From Kiritimatiellia bacterium (GTDB taxonomy: Bacteria > Verrucomicrobiota > Kiritimatiellia > RFP12 > UBA3636), in the NCBI GenBank assembly GCA_050942875.1, contig JBMNOD010000004.1, positions 4,578 through 68,577 on the forward strand: a stretch of DNA of 64,000 nucleotides, read 5' to 3'. Below the pieces are notes generated by a model. The model worked only from the letters and a program-made list of their open reading frames with translations, did not search any database and had not been told where the DNA came from. Each line of letters opens with the position of its first letter. Within the stretch, counting starts at the first letter, position 1. A program made the position numbers and the translations under genes. This document shows, in pieces, positions 1-8,099 of this stretch.

Positions 1-266
1 TCGACGGCGTCGGGCTTGACGACCTTGAGCATTTCCTTCCAATCAAGGAAAAGCGCCTCGCGTGGGACGCCCCACTTCTCGTGCATCACGTCCAGGCGCT
101 CCTGGACGATGTCAACACCGGCGACAATCTCGACTTCGGGAATTGACTTGTACGTTTCCAGATGCGTCTGCGCAATGCCGCCGCACCCGATGATGGCGAC
201 GCGGAGCTTCTTGCCCTTGTACGCCTTTTGCTTCGATTCCATTTTCGTGGATACGCTCTGAGCCAT
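1..266 (-). CDS. Gfo/Idh/MocA family NAD(P)-dependent oxidoreductase, N-terminal part (gene continues beyond window start)
   Basis: Reverse-strand translation from ATG at 264-266 gives MAQSVSTKMESKQKAYKGKKLRVAIIGCGGIAQTHLETYKSIPEVEIVAGVDIV..., a classic Rossmann GxGxxG motif of Gfo/Idh/MocA dehydrogenases; frame not listed as such in ORF track (listed frame 112..510 is a different frame). Confidence 0.75.
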   Translation of the reverse strand, partial: MAQSVSTKMESKQKAYKGKKLRVAIIGCGGIAQTHLETYKSIPEVEIVAGVDIVQERLDVMHEKWGVPREALFLDWKEMLKVVKPDAV

Positions 267-334
267 TTCGATCTTCTTTCTTTTCTGGGTTTCGTTGAAT
301 CTCCGGAAGAGCCGGAAAAATTCTGCTGTTGGGT

Positions 335-1189
335 TTACGCCTTCGGCCGCTCGGCCTCCGATAAAAGTTTCTCAAGGTAGCGGACCGTTTCCGCAATGTC
401 CTTCTTCTGCTGTTCGCCCGAGATTTCGCGTTCGATGATGAAATCGCCGTCGAAACCGATGTCGAGCAGACGACGGACGAACTCGGGGTAGCGCACCATG
501 CCGTCGCCAACCTTCACCTCGGGACCGAGGTGCGCGCCGTTTGTGGGAACGCAACCGTCCTTGGCATGGACGCAGCGCACATGCTTGCCAAACACCTCAA
601 GGGCATCGATCGGATTGCCGCGCCCGTACATGAGCAGGTTCGCCGGATCGAGGTTGATCCCGAGATTGTCCAGGCCAACAGTCTCAATGTAACGCAGCAA
701 CGTAACCGGCGTCTCCTGCCCCGTCTCAAACCAGAAGCCAAGGCCACGATCCTTGCAATAACGCGCCACCTGGTCGATCGCAATGCACGTCGGTTCAAAC
801 TCGGGATCGGTCATGTTCTCCGGCAGGAAGCCGCAATGGGTAACGATGGCCGGGGCTCCCAGCTCCACCGCAAAGTCCGCCCACCGCTGGAGCGCTTCGA
901 TTCGCGCCCAACGAAACTCGGGGGGAACAAGCCCGAGCGTAATGGGGCCGTGGGTGAAATTCCAATGGGCCGGACCCGGAACGCCCGCCCAAAACGCCGT
1001 GATCCGAACGCCGTTGTCAGCAGCGCGCTGACGAGTCGCACGGGCGTACTCGGGCTTGCAATGCGCCGGAGTCCAACTGACGACCTGGCAGCACGAAAGT
1101 CCAAAATCGGAAACGACGTCAATACTCGAGCCGTCAGGCTTCAGTCCGCTCATCACGCCGATGGCATTTTTCACTGGGGTTTCGCTCAT
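335..1189 (-). CDS. sugar phosphate isomerase/epimerase (xylose isomerase-like TIM barrel)
   Basis: 284-aa ORF; composition and conserved acidic/His positions typical of AP-endonuclease-2/xylose-isomerase-like TIM barrel family; adjacent to Gfo/Idh/MocA oxidoreductase and DeoR regulator (typical sugar catabolic trio). Confidence 0.7.
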   Translation of the reverse strand: MSETPVKNAIGVMSGLKPDGSSIDVVSDFGLSCCQVVSWTPAHCKPEYARATRQRAADNGVRITAFWAGVPGPAHWNFTHGPITLGLVPPEFRWARIEALQRWADFAVELGAPAIVTHCGFLPENMTDPEFEPTCIAIDQVARYCKDRGLGFWFETGQETPVTLLRYIETVGLDNLGINLDPANLLMYGRGNPIDALEVFGKHVRCVHAKDGCVPTNGAHLGPEVKVGDGMVRYPEFVRRLLDIGFDGDFIIEREISGEQQKKDIAETVRYLEKLLSEAERPKA

Positions 1190-1269
1190 GAAACTTTCTC
1201 AAAAAAAAAGGAGTTTAAGAAATCGGCGGAAATTCTATCATGCCGAGAGCAAGAAAGGAAGCAAAATAG

Positions 1270-2067
1270 CTAATGGACCGTCACGTGAGCCCGACGAAAC
1301 GCCCGCTCGTAATCCCGAGGCAACGGGCCGTCGGTCACAAGTGCCTGGATGTCGTCGAGCGTCGCGAAGGTGTGGGGCATGGTGCCGTTGAATTTGCTCG
1401 AATCCATGAGCACCACGACGTGGCGGGCCTTTCTCATGACCAGGCGCTTCAGCTCGGCTTCATGATAATCGCCGCACGAGAAACCGCTCGAAAGCGAAAA
1501 AGCGCTGGCCGCCATGAAGGCCAGATCAATGTTGAGCGTCTTGACGTACTCGACCGCGTTGAAGCCCGAGAGCGTCAGCGTCTCGCGATGAAGCTGGCCG
1601 CCCGTGAGATTGATCTTCACGTTCGGGAGCTTGACGAGCTCAAGCGCCACGTTCGGAGCCGGGGTCAGCACGAACAGGTTCTGGTCCGGCACGCGCTGGG
1701 CGAAACACATGCACGTCGTGCCCGAGTCGATGTAGATCGAACGCCCCGGCGACAGCAGCTCCACCGCCTTGCGCGCGATGGCCATCTTGGCCTCGGCATG
1801 CTCCGTCTGGCGCTGCGTGTAGGCGGCCTCCTTGAGCATCGACAGATGCGCGATCGACTTCGCGCCCCCGCGAATGCGCACCACGTCGCCCCGGCGCTCC
1901 AGAAATTCCAGGTCGCGCCGCAACGTCATGCTCGAGACGCCCGGATGGCGCGCCTGAAGATCGGCGAGCATCACCTCGCCTTTCGATTGAATGTAGCTGT
2001 TGACGTCTTCTCGACGTTCTGCAGGCATCGACTTGAAGCCTTCGGGGATCGTCAATTGCGTGGACAC
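1270..2067 (-). CDS. DeoR/GlpR family transcriptional regulator
   Basis: 265-aa ORF with N-terminal HTH (ERREDVNSYIQSKGEVMLADLQARHPGVSSMTLRRDLEFLERRG) and C-terminal sugar-phosphate-binding DeoR-C domain. Confidence 0.8.
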   Translation of the reverse strand: MSTQLTIPEGFKSMPAERREDVNSYIQSKGEVMLADLQARHPGVSSMTLRRDLEFLERRGDVVRIRGGAKSIAHLSMLKEAAYTQRQTEHAEAKMAIARKAVELLSPGRSIYIDSGTTCMCFAQRVPDQNLFVLTPAPNVALELVKLPNVKINLTGGQLHRETLTLSGFNAVEYVKTLNIDLAFMAASAFSLSSGFSCGDYHEAELKRLVMRKARHVVVLMDSSKFNGTMPHTFATLDDIQALVTDGPLPRDYERAFRRAHVTVH

Positions 2068-2245
2068 CGCATGGTTCCTTGAGATAGAGAGGAGTGGCTG
2101 AAGAAATTACGAATTGCAGATCAAAAATATAGCAGTTTGCAGGACTCTGCGCAAGCAATCGCCGCAATCGGTCAGTCGCCGGGGTTGGTCGCGAAACGCT
2201 TGTCGCCCAGTCTCGAACCCGCCCCGTCGCCTGCCCGATGGAGTC

Positions 2246-2340
2246 GCCAGTCGCTAGGGGCTAGTCGCTGGTGCCGAAAGGCAGCTTTGTCGCAAACTTT
2301 GTCGAACTGCCGTGGCGGCTTCGCCGAGTCGTTTTTCTTC
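2246..2340. repeat. Inverted-orientation copy of the CTAGC-rich / 'ctttgtcg' repeat family also present at 3879-4010 and 33053-33093
   Basis: gtcgccagtcgctaggggctagtcgctggtgccgaaagg...ctttgtcgcaaactttgtcgaac is the near reverse complement of ccttcggcactagccgccagccgctagccgc...cgacaaagtt...cgacaaag at 3879-3960. Confidence 0.5.
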
Positions 2341-2402
2341 CCACGAATCTCCACGAAAGGAAGACTGTTTTTCCGGTCTTCGACCGTCGTCAATCACTGA
2401 AA

Positions 2403-2749
2403 AACAGCCTTCCCTGCTGGATGCGGGTTTGTACCGCAGGGGGAATGTTGTCGGCCTGCGGTCGTCGCTAATCGCTCGACATCCCCCCTGCGGCAAGGGT
2501 GAGAGCAAGGGTAAAGCGAGTAAGTGTGGAAGAGAGAAAGGGAGCAAGAACAAGAGTAAGTGTGTGCTTCGCACGGGACAGACGCGGGGCACGGAAGCCA
2601 CAGGGGCGATGCAAGAAGCAACCAAAGGGCGGAGTTCGCACACTTTCTCCCCCACTTGCTCGCACCCTTGCTCCCGATACACTTGCTCCCACTGTTGCTC
2701 CTGCCGCAAAGCGACACTTCCTACGCTCATCCAGCAGGGAAGGCTTGTT
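2403..2749. repeat. MITE-like / structured noncoding element bounded by ~21-bp terminal inverted repeats with long internal imperfect palindrome
   Basis: Left end aacagccttccctgctggatg (2403-2423) and right end catccagcagggaaggcttgtt (2728-2749) are reverse complements (17 bp perfect core GCCTTCCCTGCTGGATG); interior has opposed gagcaag/cttgctc-rich arms (2501-2570 vs 2640-2700); only low-complexity ORFs. Confidence 0.4.
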
Positions 2750-2764
2750 CGAACTACGAAGCCT

Positions 2765-2792
2765 CCTGAACCCCGAACCCCGAACCCTCGGC
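2765..2792. repeat. heptamer tandem repeat (CCTGAAC/CCCGAAC x ~4)
   Basis: cctgaac cccgaac cccgaac cctcggc read directly. Confidence 0.6.
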
Positions 2793-2862
2793 AAGTCAAC
2801 GCCTTTGACTCGACGTTGACTCGTCATTGAAATCACCACTGAAATATGCGATGATGTTGCGC

Positions 2863-3546
2863 ATGAAACCCGTCATTTTACCTTCACTGCTCGCTGCCGA
2901 CCCCGGCCACCTCGCCGAGGCCATCCGCCGTGCCGAAGATTCAGGCGCGGACAAACTGCATTTGGACATGATGGACGGCGCGTTCGTGCCGAACTTCAGC
3001 TACGGCCCGGACGTCGTGGCCCTGGCGCGCAAAACGACAAACCTGCCGCTCAGCGTCCATCTGATGTTCGTCCGTCCCGACCGCTACGTGAAGCGCTTCG
3101 CCGAGGCCGGCGCCTCGACAATCCAGATCCACGTCGAATCCTCTTGCGAAGTCGGCGCCACCCTTGAAACCATCCGCGGCTTCGGCGCCGAACCGGCCAT
3201 CGTGCTCAATCCGCTGACTCCGCTCACGGCCGCCCTCCCCTATCTGAACCTCGTGGACGAATGCCTCCAGATGACCGTCTTCCCCGGCTACGGCGGACAG
3301 AAGTTCATGTCCGCGCCGCTCCCAAAAATCCGCGCGTTGCGCGAGACCGCCACCGCCGCCGGAAAGCCCGGCTTCGCGATCATGGTCGATGGCGGCATCG
3401 ATCGCAACACCATCGCCGTCTGCGCCAATGCCGGCGCCAACCAGTTCGTTGCCGGGACCGCGCTCTACGGCAAGCCCGACATGGCCGCCGAGATCAGCCT
3501 TTTCCGCCAGCTCGCCTCCGACGCCTGGCGGACGTCGACGTTTTAA
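2863..3546 (+). CDS. rpe: ribulose-phosphate 3-epimerase
   Basis: MKPVILPSLLAADPGHLAEAIRRAEDSGADKLHLDMMDGAFVPNFSYGP... matches Rpe N-terminal consensus (IAPSILSAD...HVDVMDG.FVPN); start chosen at third in-frame Met of ORF 2827..3546. Confidence 0.9.
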   Translation: MKPVILPSLLAADPGHLAEAIRRAEDSGADKLHLDMMDGAFVPNFSYGPDVVALARKTTNLPLSVHLMFVRPDRYVKRFAEAGASTIQIHVESSCEVGATLETIRGFGAEPAIVLNPLTPLTAALPYLNLVDECLQMTVFPGYGGQKFMSAPLPKIRALRETATAAGKPGFAIMVDGGIDRNTIAVCANAGANQFVAGTALYGKPDMAAEISLFRQLASDAWRTSTF

Positions 3547-3598
3547 ACGCTTGCTCGCCCCGCACTTGCTCGCAGGAGTCGCTAGTGGCACACTTAGT

Positions 3599-3626
3599 CC
3601 AAAGTCCAAAGTCCAAAGCCCAAAGT
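3599..3626. repeat. heptamer tandem repeat (CCAAAGT x4)
   Basis: ccaaagt ccaaagt ccaaagc ccaaagt read directly in rpe downstream noncoding region. Confidence 0.7.
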
Positions 3627-3878
3627 CGCCCTTCGGCAAATCACAAATCTCAAACCACAAATTTCCATTCCCCCGCTCACTCACCATGCCGCAGATGTTT
3701 TTCGACTTCCCTCGACTTCCTTCGACTGAACGACTTCCATCAATGGCGACTGGCGTCGACTTCCTCCTTGACGGGTGTCGATGGGCGTCGGCGTCAGTCG
3801 GTGTCAGTCGAAAAACTCGACAGGACGACACATCTCGACAAGCATCGACAGAGGCACCAAAAGCCGCCCTCCGACTCC

Positions 3879-4010
3879 CTAGCCGCCAGCCGCTAGCCGC
3901 TGAAAACGACAAAGTTCGCGACAAAGTTTTCGACAAAGCTTCCCTTCGGCACTAGCCGCCAGCCGCTAGCCGCTAGCCGCTGAAATCGACAAAGCTCTCG
4001 ACAACGTTGC
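3879..4010. repeat. ~73-bp tandem direct repeat x2 rich in CTAGCCGC and CGACAAAG submotifs
   Basis: ctagccgccagccgctagccgctgaaaacgacaaagtt... (3879-3951) repeated as ctagccgccagccgctagccgctagccgctgaaatcgacaaagct... (3952-4010). Confidence 0.6.
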
Positions 4011-4023
4011 CATCCGACCCCAA

Positions 4024-4072
4024 TTTCAAGTTTCAAGCCTCAAGTTTCAAGTTTCAAGCCTCAAATCTCAAC
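4024..4072. repeat. heptamer tandem repeat (TTTCAAG/CCTCAAG x7) immediately upstream of lepA start
   Basis: tttcaag tttcaag cctcaag tttcaag tttcaag cctcaaa tctcaac read directly; ends 6 nt before lepA ATG. Confidence 0.7.
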
Positions 4073-4078
4073 CGCCCC

Positions 4079-5884
4079 ATGCTTTCCAAAATCCGAAACT
4101 TCTGCATCATCGCCCACATCGACCACGGCAAGTCCACGCTCGCCGATCGAATCCTGCAGCTCACCCAGTCCGTTGACGAGCGCGTCTTCCAGGATCAGCT
4201 TCTCGATTCGATGGATCTCGAACGCGAACGCGGCATCACGATCAAGTCGCACCCCGTCTCGATGAGCTACACGGCGAAGGACGGCGAAACGTACCTGCTC
4301 AACCTCATCGACACCCCGGGCCACGTGGACTTCTCCTACGAAGTCTCCCGCTCCATGGCCGCCTGCGAGGCCGCCATCCTCCTCGTCGACGCCGCCCAGG
4401 GCGTCCAGGCCCAGACCGTCGCCAACACCTACCTCGCCCTCGAAAACGACCTCGAAATCATCCCCGCCCTCAACAAGATCGACCTGCCCAGCGCCGACAT
4501 CGACGGCTGCAAGAAGCAAGTCGAGGAAGCCCTCGCCATCCCCATGGACCATTGCGGCATGGTCTCCTCCAAGACCGGCGAGGGCGTCGACGAGCTGATG
4601 GAAATGATCGTCGCGCGCGTCCCGCCCCCGACCTCGCAGAACCCCGACGGCCCGCTCCGCGCCGTCATCTTCGACAGCGTGTACGACGTCTATCGCGGCG
4701 TCATCGCCTACGTGCGCATCGTCGACGGCACGGTCAAGACCGGCGACAACATCCTCTACATGGGCACCGACGTCACCACGCAGGTCAAGGAAGTCGGCAT
4801 CTTCTCCCCCGAGATGAAGCCCGCCGGCTCCCTCCCGACCGGCACCGTCGGCTACATCATCGGCACCGTCAAGGACCCCCGCGAAATCCGCATCGGCGAC
4901 ACCATCACGACCAAGGCCAACCCCGCCGACGAGCCCCTCCCCGGCTTCCGCGAAATCAAGCCCATGGTCTTCAGCGGCCTCTACCCCGTCTCCACGGACG
5001 AATACGAAAAAGTCCGCACCAGCCTCGAAAAGCTCCAGCTCAACGACTCGGCCTTCTCCTGGCACCCCGAAAGCTCCGTCGCCCTCGGCTTCGGCTTCCG
5101 CTGCGGCTTCCTCGGCCTCCTCCACATGGAAGTCGTCCAGGAGCGCCTCCGCCGCGAGTTCGACTGCGACATCATCTCCACCCACCCCGCCGTCGTCTAC
5201 CGCCTCCACTACCGCGACGGCAAGGTCGAGGAGATCGACAACCCCATCCGCATGCCCGACCCCGTCGAAATCGACCACATCGAGGAGCCGATCATCAAGG
5301 CCACCATCATCACGCCGTCCGACTACATCGGCGACATCATGCGCGTCGTCATGGAACACCGCGGCATCGTCGAGCGGACCGACAGCCTCGACGGCCACCG
5401 CGTCATCCTCACCTGCATCCTCCCGCTCAACGAAATCCTCATCGACTTCAACGACACGCTCAAAAGCGTCTCGCGCGGCTACGCCTCCATGGACTACGAC
5501 CACCACGGCTACCAGACGAGCGACATCGTCAAGATGGACATCCTCCTCAACGGCGAGGTCGTCGACGCCTTCTCCAGCATGGTCCACAAGGACCGCGCCG
5601 TCGAGCGCGGCCGCCAGATCTGCGCGGCGCTCAAGGACTCCATCCCCCCGCACATGTTCAAGATCCCCGTGCAGGCCGCCATCGGCCGCAACATCATCGC
5701 CCGCGAGGACATCCGCGCCTTCAGAAAGGACGTCACGGCCAAGCTCTACGGCGGCGACGTCACGCGCAAGCAGAAGCTCCTCAACAAGCAGAAGGAAGGC
5801 AAGAAGCGCATGAAGCTGTGCGGCACCGTCAACGTCCCCCAGGAGGCCTTCGTCTCCGTCCTCCGCAGCGGCTCGGAGAACTGA
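4079..5884 (+). CDS. lepA: elongation factor 4 (translational GTPase LepA)
   Basis: MLSKIRNFCIIAHIDHGKSTLADRIL... G1 motif AHIDHGKST, DTPGHVDF G3 motif, ~600 aa with LepA C-terminal domain; start at internal Met of ORF 4007..5884 matching LepA N-terminus. Confidence 0.95.
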   Translation: MLSKIRNFCIIAHIDHGKSTLADRILQLTQSVDERVFQDQLLDSMDLERERGITIKSHPVSMSYTAKDGETYLLNLIDTPGHVDFSYEVSRSMAACEAAILLVDAAQGVQAQTVANTYLALENDLEIIPALNKIDLPSADIDGCKKQVEEALAIPMDHCGMVSSKTGEGVDELMEMIVARVPPPTSQNPDGPLRAVIFDSVYDVYRGVIAYVRIVDGTVKTGDNILYMGTDVTTQVKEVGIFSPEMKPAGSLPTGTVGYIIGTVKDPREIRIGDTITTKANPADEPLPGFREIKPMVFSGLYPVSTDEYEKVRTSLEKLQLNDSAFSWHPESSVALGFGFRCGFLGLLHMEVVQERLRREFDCDIISTHPAVVYRLHYRDGKVEEIDNPIRMPDPVEIDHIEEPIIKATIITPSDYIGDIMRVVMEHRGIVERTDSLDGHRVILTCILPLNEILIDFNDTLKSVSRGYASMDYDHHGYQTSDIVKMDILLNGEVVDAFSSMVHKDRAVERGRQICAALKDSIPPHMFKIPVQAAIGRNIIAREDIRAFRKDVTAKLYGGDVTRKQKLLNKQKEGKKRMKLCGTVNVPQEAFVSVLRSGSEN

Positions 5885-6483
5885 TGCCCGCGCCCTTCAT
5901 CGCCGCGACCGCCTCCCCGCGCCGCCACCGCATCCTCGCCGACCTCGGCGTGGCATTCGAGGTCTTCGTCCCCGAATGCCCCGAAATCCACGACGTCGCG
6001 AACCCCGTGCGCACCGTCTCCGCAAACGCCCTGGCCAAGCACGACGCCTGCGCCCGCACCCATCCCGACGCCTGGATCCTCGCCGCCGACACCGTCGTCG
6101 CCTTCGGCGGCAACTGCGTCGGCAAGCCCGCCTCGCCCGAGGACGCCCACGCCATGCTCCTCGCCTGCTCCGGCATCACCCAGGAGATCTTCACCGCCGT
6201 GGCGCTGTCCGCACCCGGGCAGGCGGCCGCCGACCTGCGCATCGTCGCCTCCTCCGTCACCTTCCGCGCGCTCGACGCCGCGACCGTCGCCGCCTACCTC
6301 GCCGCCGCAAAGACCCTGGACCGCGCCGGCGGCTACGACATCGCCACGAAAAGCGAAGCCATCATCGCCTCGCATTCCGGATCCTACACCAACATCATGG
6401 GCCTGCCCGGCGAAACCGTCCGCGACTGGCTCCTCGCCCGCCACTACCCCCTCCCCCAAAACCGCGCATCGGAACTGCCATGA
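5884..6483 (+). CDS. maf: Maf-like nucleoside triphosphate pyrophosphatase (septum formation protein Maf)
   Basis: Translation MPAPFIAATASPRRHRILADLGV...ILAADTVVAFGG...IMGLP matches Maf family (SPRR, D-T-V, G-LP motifs); ATG overlaps lepA stop (TGATG); real frame is the tail of spurious ORF 4552..6483. Confidence 0.8.
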   Translation: MPAPFIAATASPRRHRILADLGVAFEVFVPECPEIHDVANPVRTVSANALAKHDACARTHPDAWILAADTVVAFGGNCVGKPASPEDAHAMLLACSGITQEIFTAVALSAPGQAAADLRIVASSVTFRALDAATVAAYLAAAKTLDRAGGYDIATKSEAIIASHSGSYTNIMGLPGETVRDWLLARHYPLPQNRASELP

Positions 6484-6980
6484 AAAAACTCCTCCGCGCC
6501 CTCCCCACCCTCTTCGCCACCGGCTTCGGCCTCGGCTATGCCCCCGTCGCCTCCGGCACCGTCGGCGCCACGCTCGGCTGCCTCATCGTCTGGACGATGA
6601 CCGAGCGCAAGCTCCCCCTCGCCGCCCAGATCGTCGTCTGCATCGCCCTCGCCCTCGCCTGCATCCCGATCTGCACCTACGCCGAAAAAGCGCTCGGCGG
6701 CAAGAAGGACGACGGACGCATCGTCGCCGACGAATACCTCACCTTCCCGATCTGCATGCTCGGCCTCTACGACAAATGGCAGGATCACTGGTGGCTCATG
6801 CCCATGTGCTTCGTCGTCAGCCGCGTCATGGACATCCTCAAGCCCTTCCCCGCCTACCGCCTCCAGAAGCTCCCCTCCGGCCTCGGCATCACGATCGACG
6901 ACGCCATCGCCTCCCTCTACGCCCTCGCCGCCAACTGGGCGCTCTACCTTGCAATCGTGAATAATTTTCATAGCTCATGA
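6480..6980 (+). CDS. pgpA: phosphatidylglycerophosphatase A
   Basis: MKKLLRALPTLFATGFGLGYAPVASGTVGATLG...IVADEYLTFP matches PgpA signature (GFG.G..P.APGT.G; ViDE); ATG overlaps maf stop (ATGA). Confidence 0.8.
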   Translation: MKKLLRALPTLFATGFGLGYAPVASGTVGATLGCLIVWTMTERKLPLAAQIVVCIALALACIPICTYAEKALGGKKDDGRIVADEYLTFPICMLGLYDKWQDHWWLMPMCFVVSRVMDILKPFPAYRLQKLPSGLGITIDDAIASLYALAANWALYLAIVNNFHSS

Positions 6981-7032
6981 AGTCGGGTTCTTGCTATAAT
7001 GGAAAACCAATGTGCCATAATAAGGAGCCATC

Positions 7033-7836
7033 ATGAATAAACTATCAATTCAAACCGTTGTCGTTCTGATCGCCGTCGTCTGCACAGGCCTCGGCTTTGC
7101 CATTGGTAAATTCACGTCCGCCCCCTCAAGCGAGAATGTCAAGATCGTGGAGGTTCCTGCTCCTGCCGTCAATGCCGGCATTGCAGATCAGACCGCCAAG
7201 ATCGACATGCTGGCAGCGAAACTTGCCGCCGCCGAAGCACGTGTCGAAGAGCTTGCAGCCGCCGCCGAAGCGGACGCCGCCGAGACAGCCGTCGCAGCGC
7301 CGGAACCTGCAGCCACCGAAGCGCCTCGCCGCCGTGAAACACGCGAAGAGCGCATGGCGCGCCTCAAGGAGGAAAATCCCGAAGAACATGCCGCGGAGGT
7401 CAAACGTCAGGAGGAGCGCGAACAGCGTCGTCAGACGTTCATGGAGCAGCGCAGGAACGTCGAGAATCGCCGCGATGACTTCTTCGCGAATGTCAACATC
7501 GCCTACATGACGCCCGAGGAGCAAAAGGATCTGGAGACGTTCGTCAGAGAGTACAAGGAAATCCGCGGGATTTTCGAGGCCGGCGCCAACGTTTCACGCG
7601 AAGACCGCGGCCGCGCAATGATGCTTGGCATGGGGCTGATGCAACGTGTCGAAGGCGTCCGCGAAAGCCTTCTGAAGGCCACAGCCAAGGAAATGGGCTT
7701 CAACGATTCCGAGAGCGTCGAATTTTCAAAGTCCATCAACGAAATCTTCGGCGCCACAAGCCTCGTAGGGCCCGGCGGCATGAACATGCCGGGGATGGGG
7801 GGGCGCGGCGGCTTCGGCGGCGGCCGCGGCCGATAA
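7033..7836 (+). CDS. hypothetical membrane-anchored/secreted coiled-coil protein with Ala-rich stretch and C-terminal Gly/Arg-rich tail
   Basis: N-terminal hydrophobic segment (IQTVVVLIAVVCTGLGFAIG), AAEARVEELAAAAEADAAE helical region, charged ER-rich coiled coil, tail GPGGMNMPGMGGRGGFGGGRGR; strong SD (aaggag) 7 nt upstream of ATG. Confidence 0.5.
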   Translation: MNKLSIQTVVVLIAVVCTGLGFAIGKFTSAPSSENVKIVEVPAPAVNAGIADQTAKIDMLAAKLAAAEARVEELAAAAEADAAETAVAAPEPAATEAPRRRETREERMARLKEENPEEHAAEVKRQEEREQRRQTFMEQRRNVENRRDDFFANVNIAYMTPEEQKDLETFVREYKEIRGIFEAGANVSREDRGRAMMLGMGLMQRVEGVRESLLKATAKEMGFNDSESVEFSKSINEIFGATSLVGPGGMNMPGMGGRGGFGGGRGR

Positions 7837-8026
7837 ACGTACGGTTTGGCCGTTTTCGCATTCGACCTTTGGTTCCCTTCGCACCCTCCTGCTGGAAAGT
7901 GCGGAATCCGTCTTCTGGAAACTCCCGTGGGCGGGCGCCGTGCGCCCATCCATTTCCCGTTGCACTTTTCTTATTGCATTGGGGTCTTATTGGGGGGGCT
8001 GCCCCTTGGTCTACGTCGAATTCCTA

Positions 8027-8055
8027 TTGCTTCAGAGGCGGACTTTGGCTAATAT
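8027..8055 (+). promoter_or_regulatory. candidate sigma70-type promoter for the GspE/PilB-family ATPase gene
   Basis: TTGCTT (8027-8032) - 17 bp - TAATAT (8050-8055), ~45 nt upstream of ATG at 8100. Confidence 0.35.
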
Positions 8056-8099
8056 AGAAGATTATTTCAGCAAGCCCCTCTCGGGCTGGACTCCACACC

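Noticed and set aside
2254-2839. Cluster of 100-180-aa ORFs on both strands
   Set aside because: They fall in the repeat/MITE-like noncoding island. The translations are dominated by repeat-encoded low complexity (e.g. LLAPLLPIHLLPLLLLPQ) and lack start-site context.
4061-5653. 530-aa ORF (-)
   Set aside because: It is antisense to lepA and the translation is Asp/Gly/Val/Ala repetitive.
4552-6483. 643-aa Arg/His/Pro-rich ORF (+)
   Set aside because: It is an alternative frame over lepA. The frame only becomes real at 5884 (Maf), and the upstream part is low-complexity and overlaps a high-confidence LepA gene.
6990-7003. TATAAT hexamer ~30 nt upstream of the coiled-coil gene
   Set aside because: There is no acceptable -35 at 16-18 bp spacing. 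It may still be a real -10, but the support is too weak to list.
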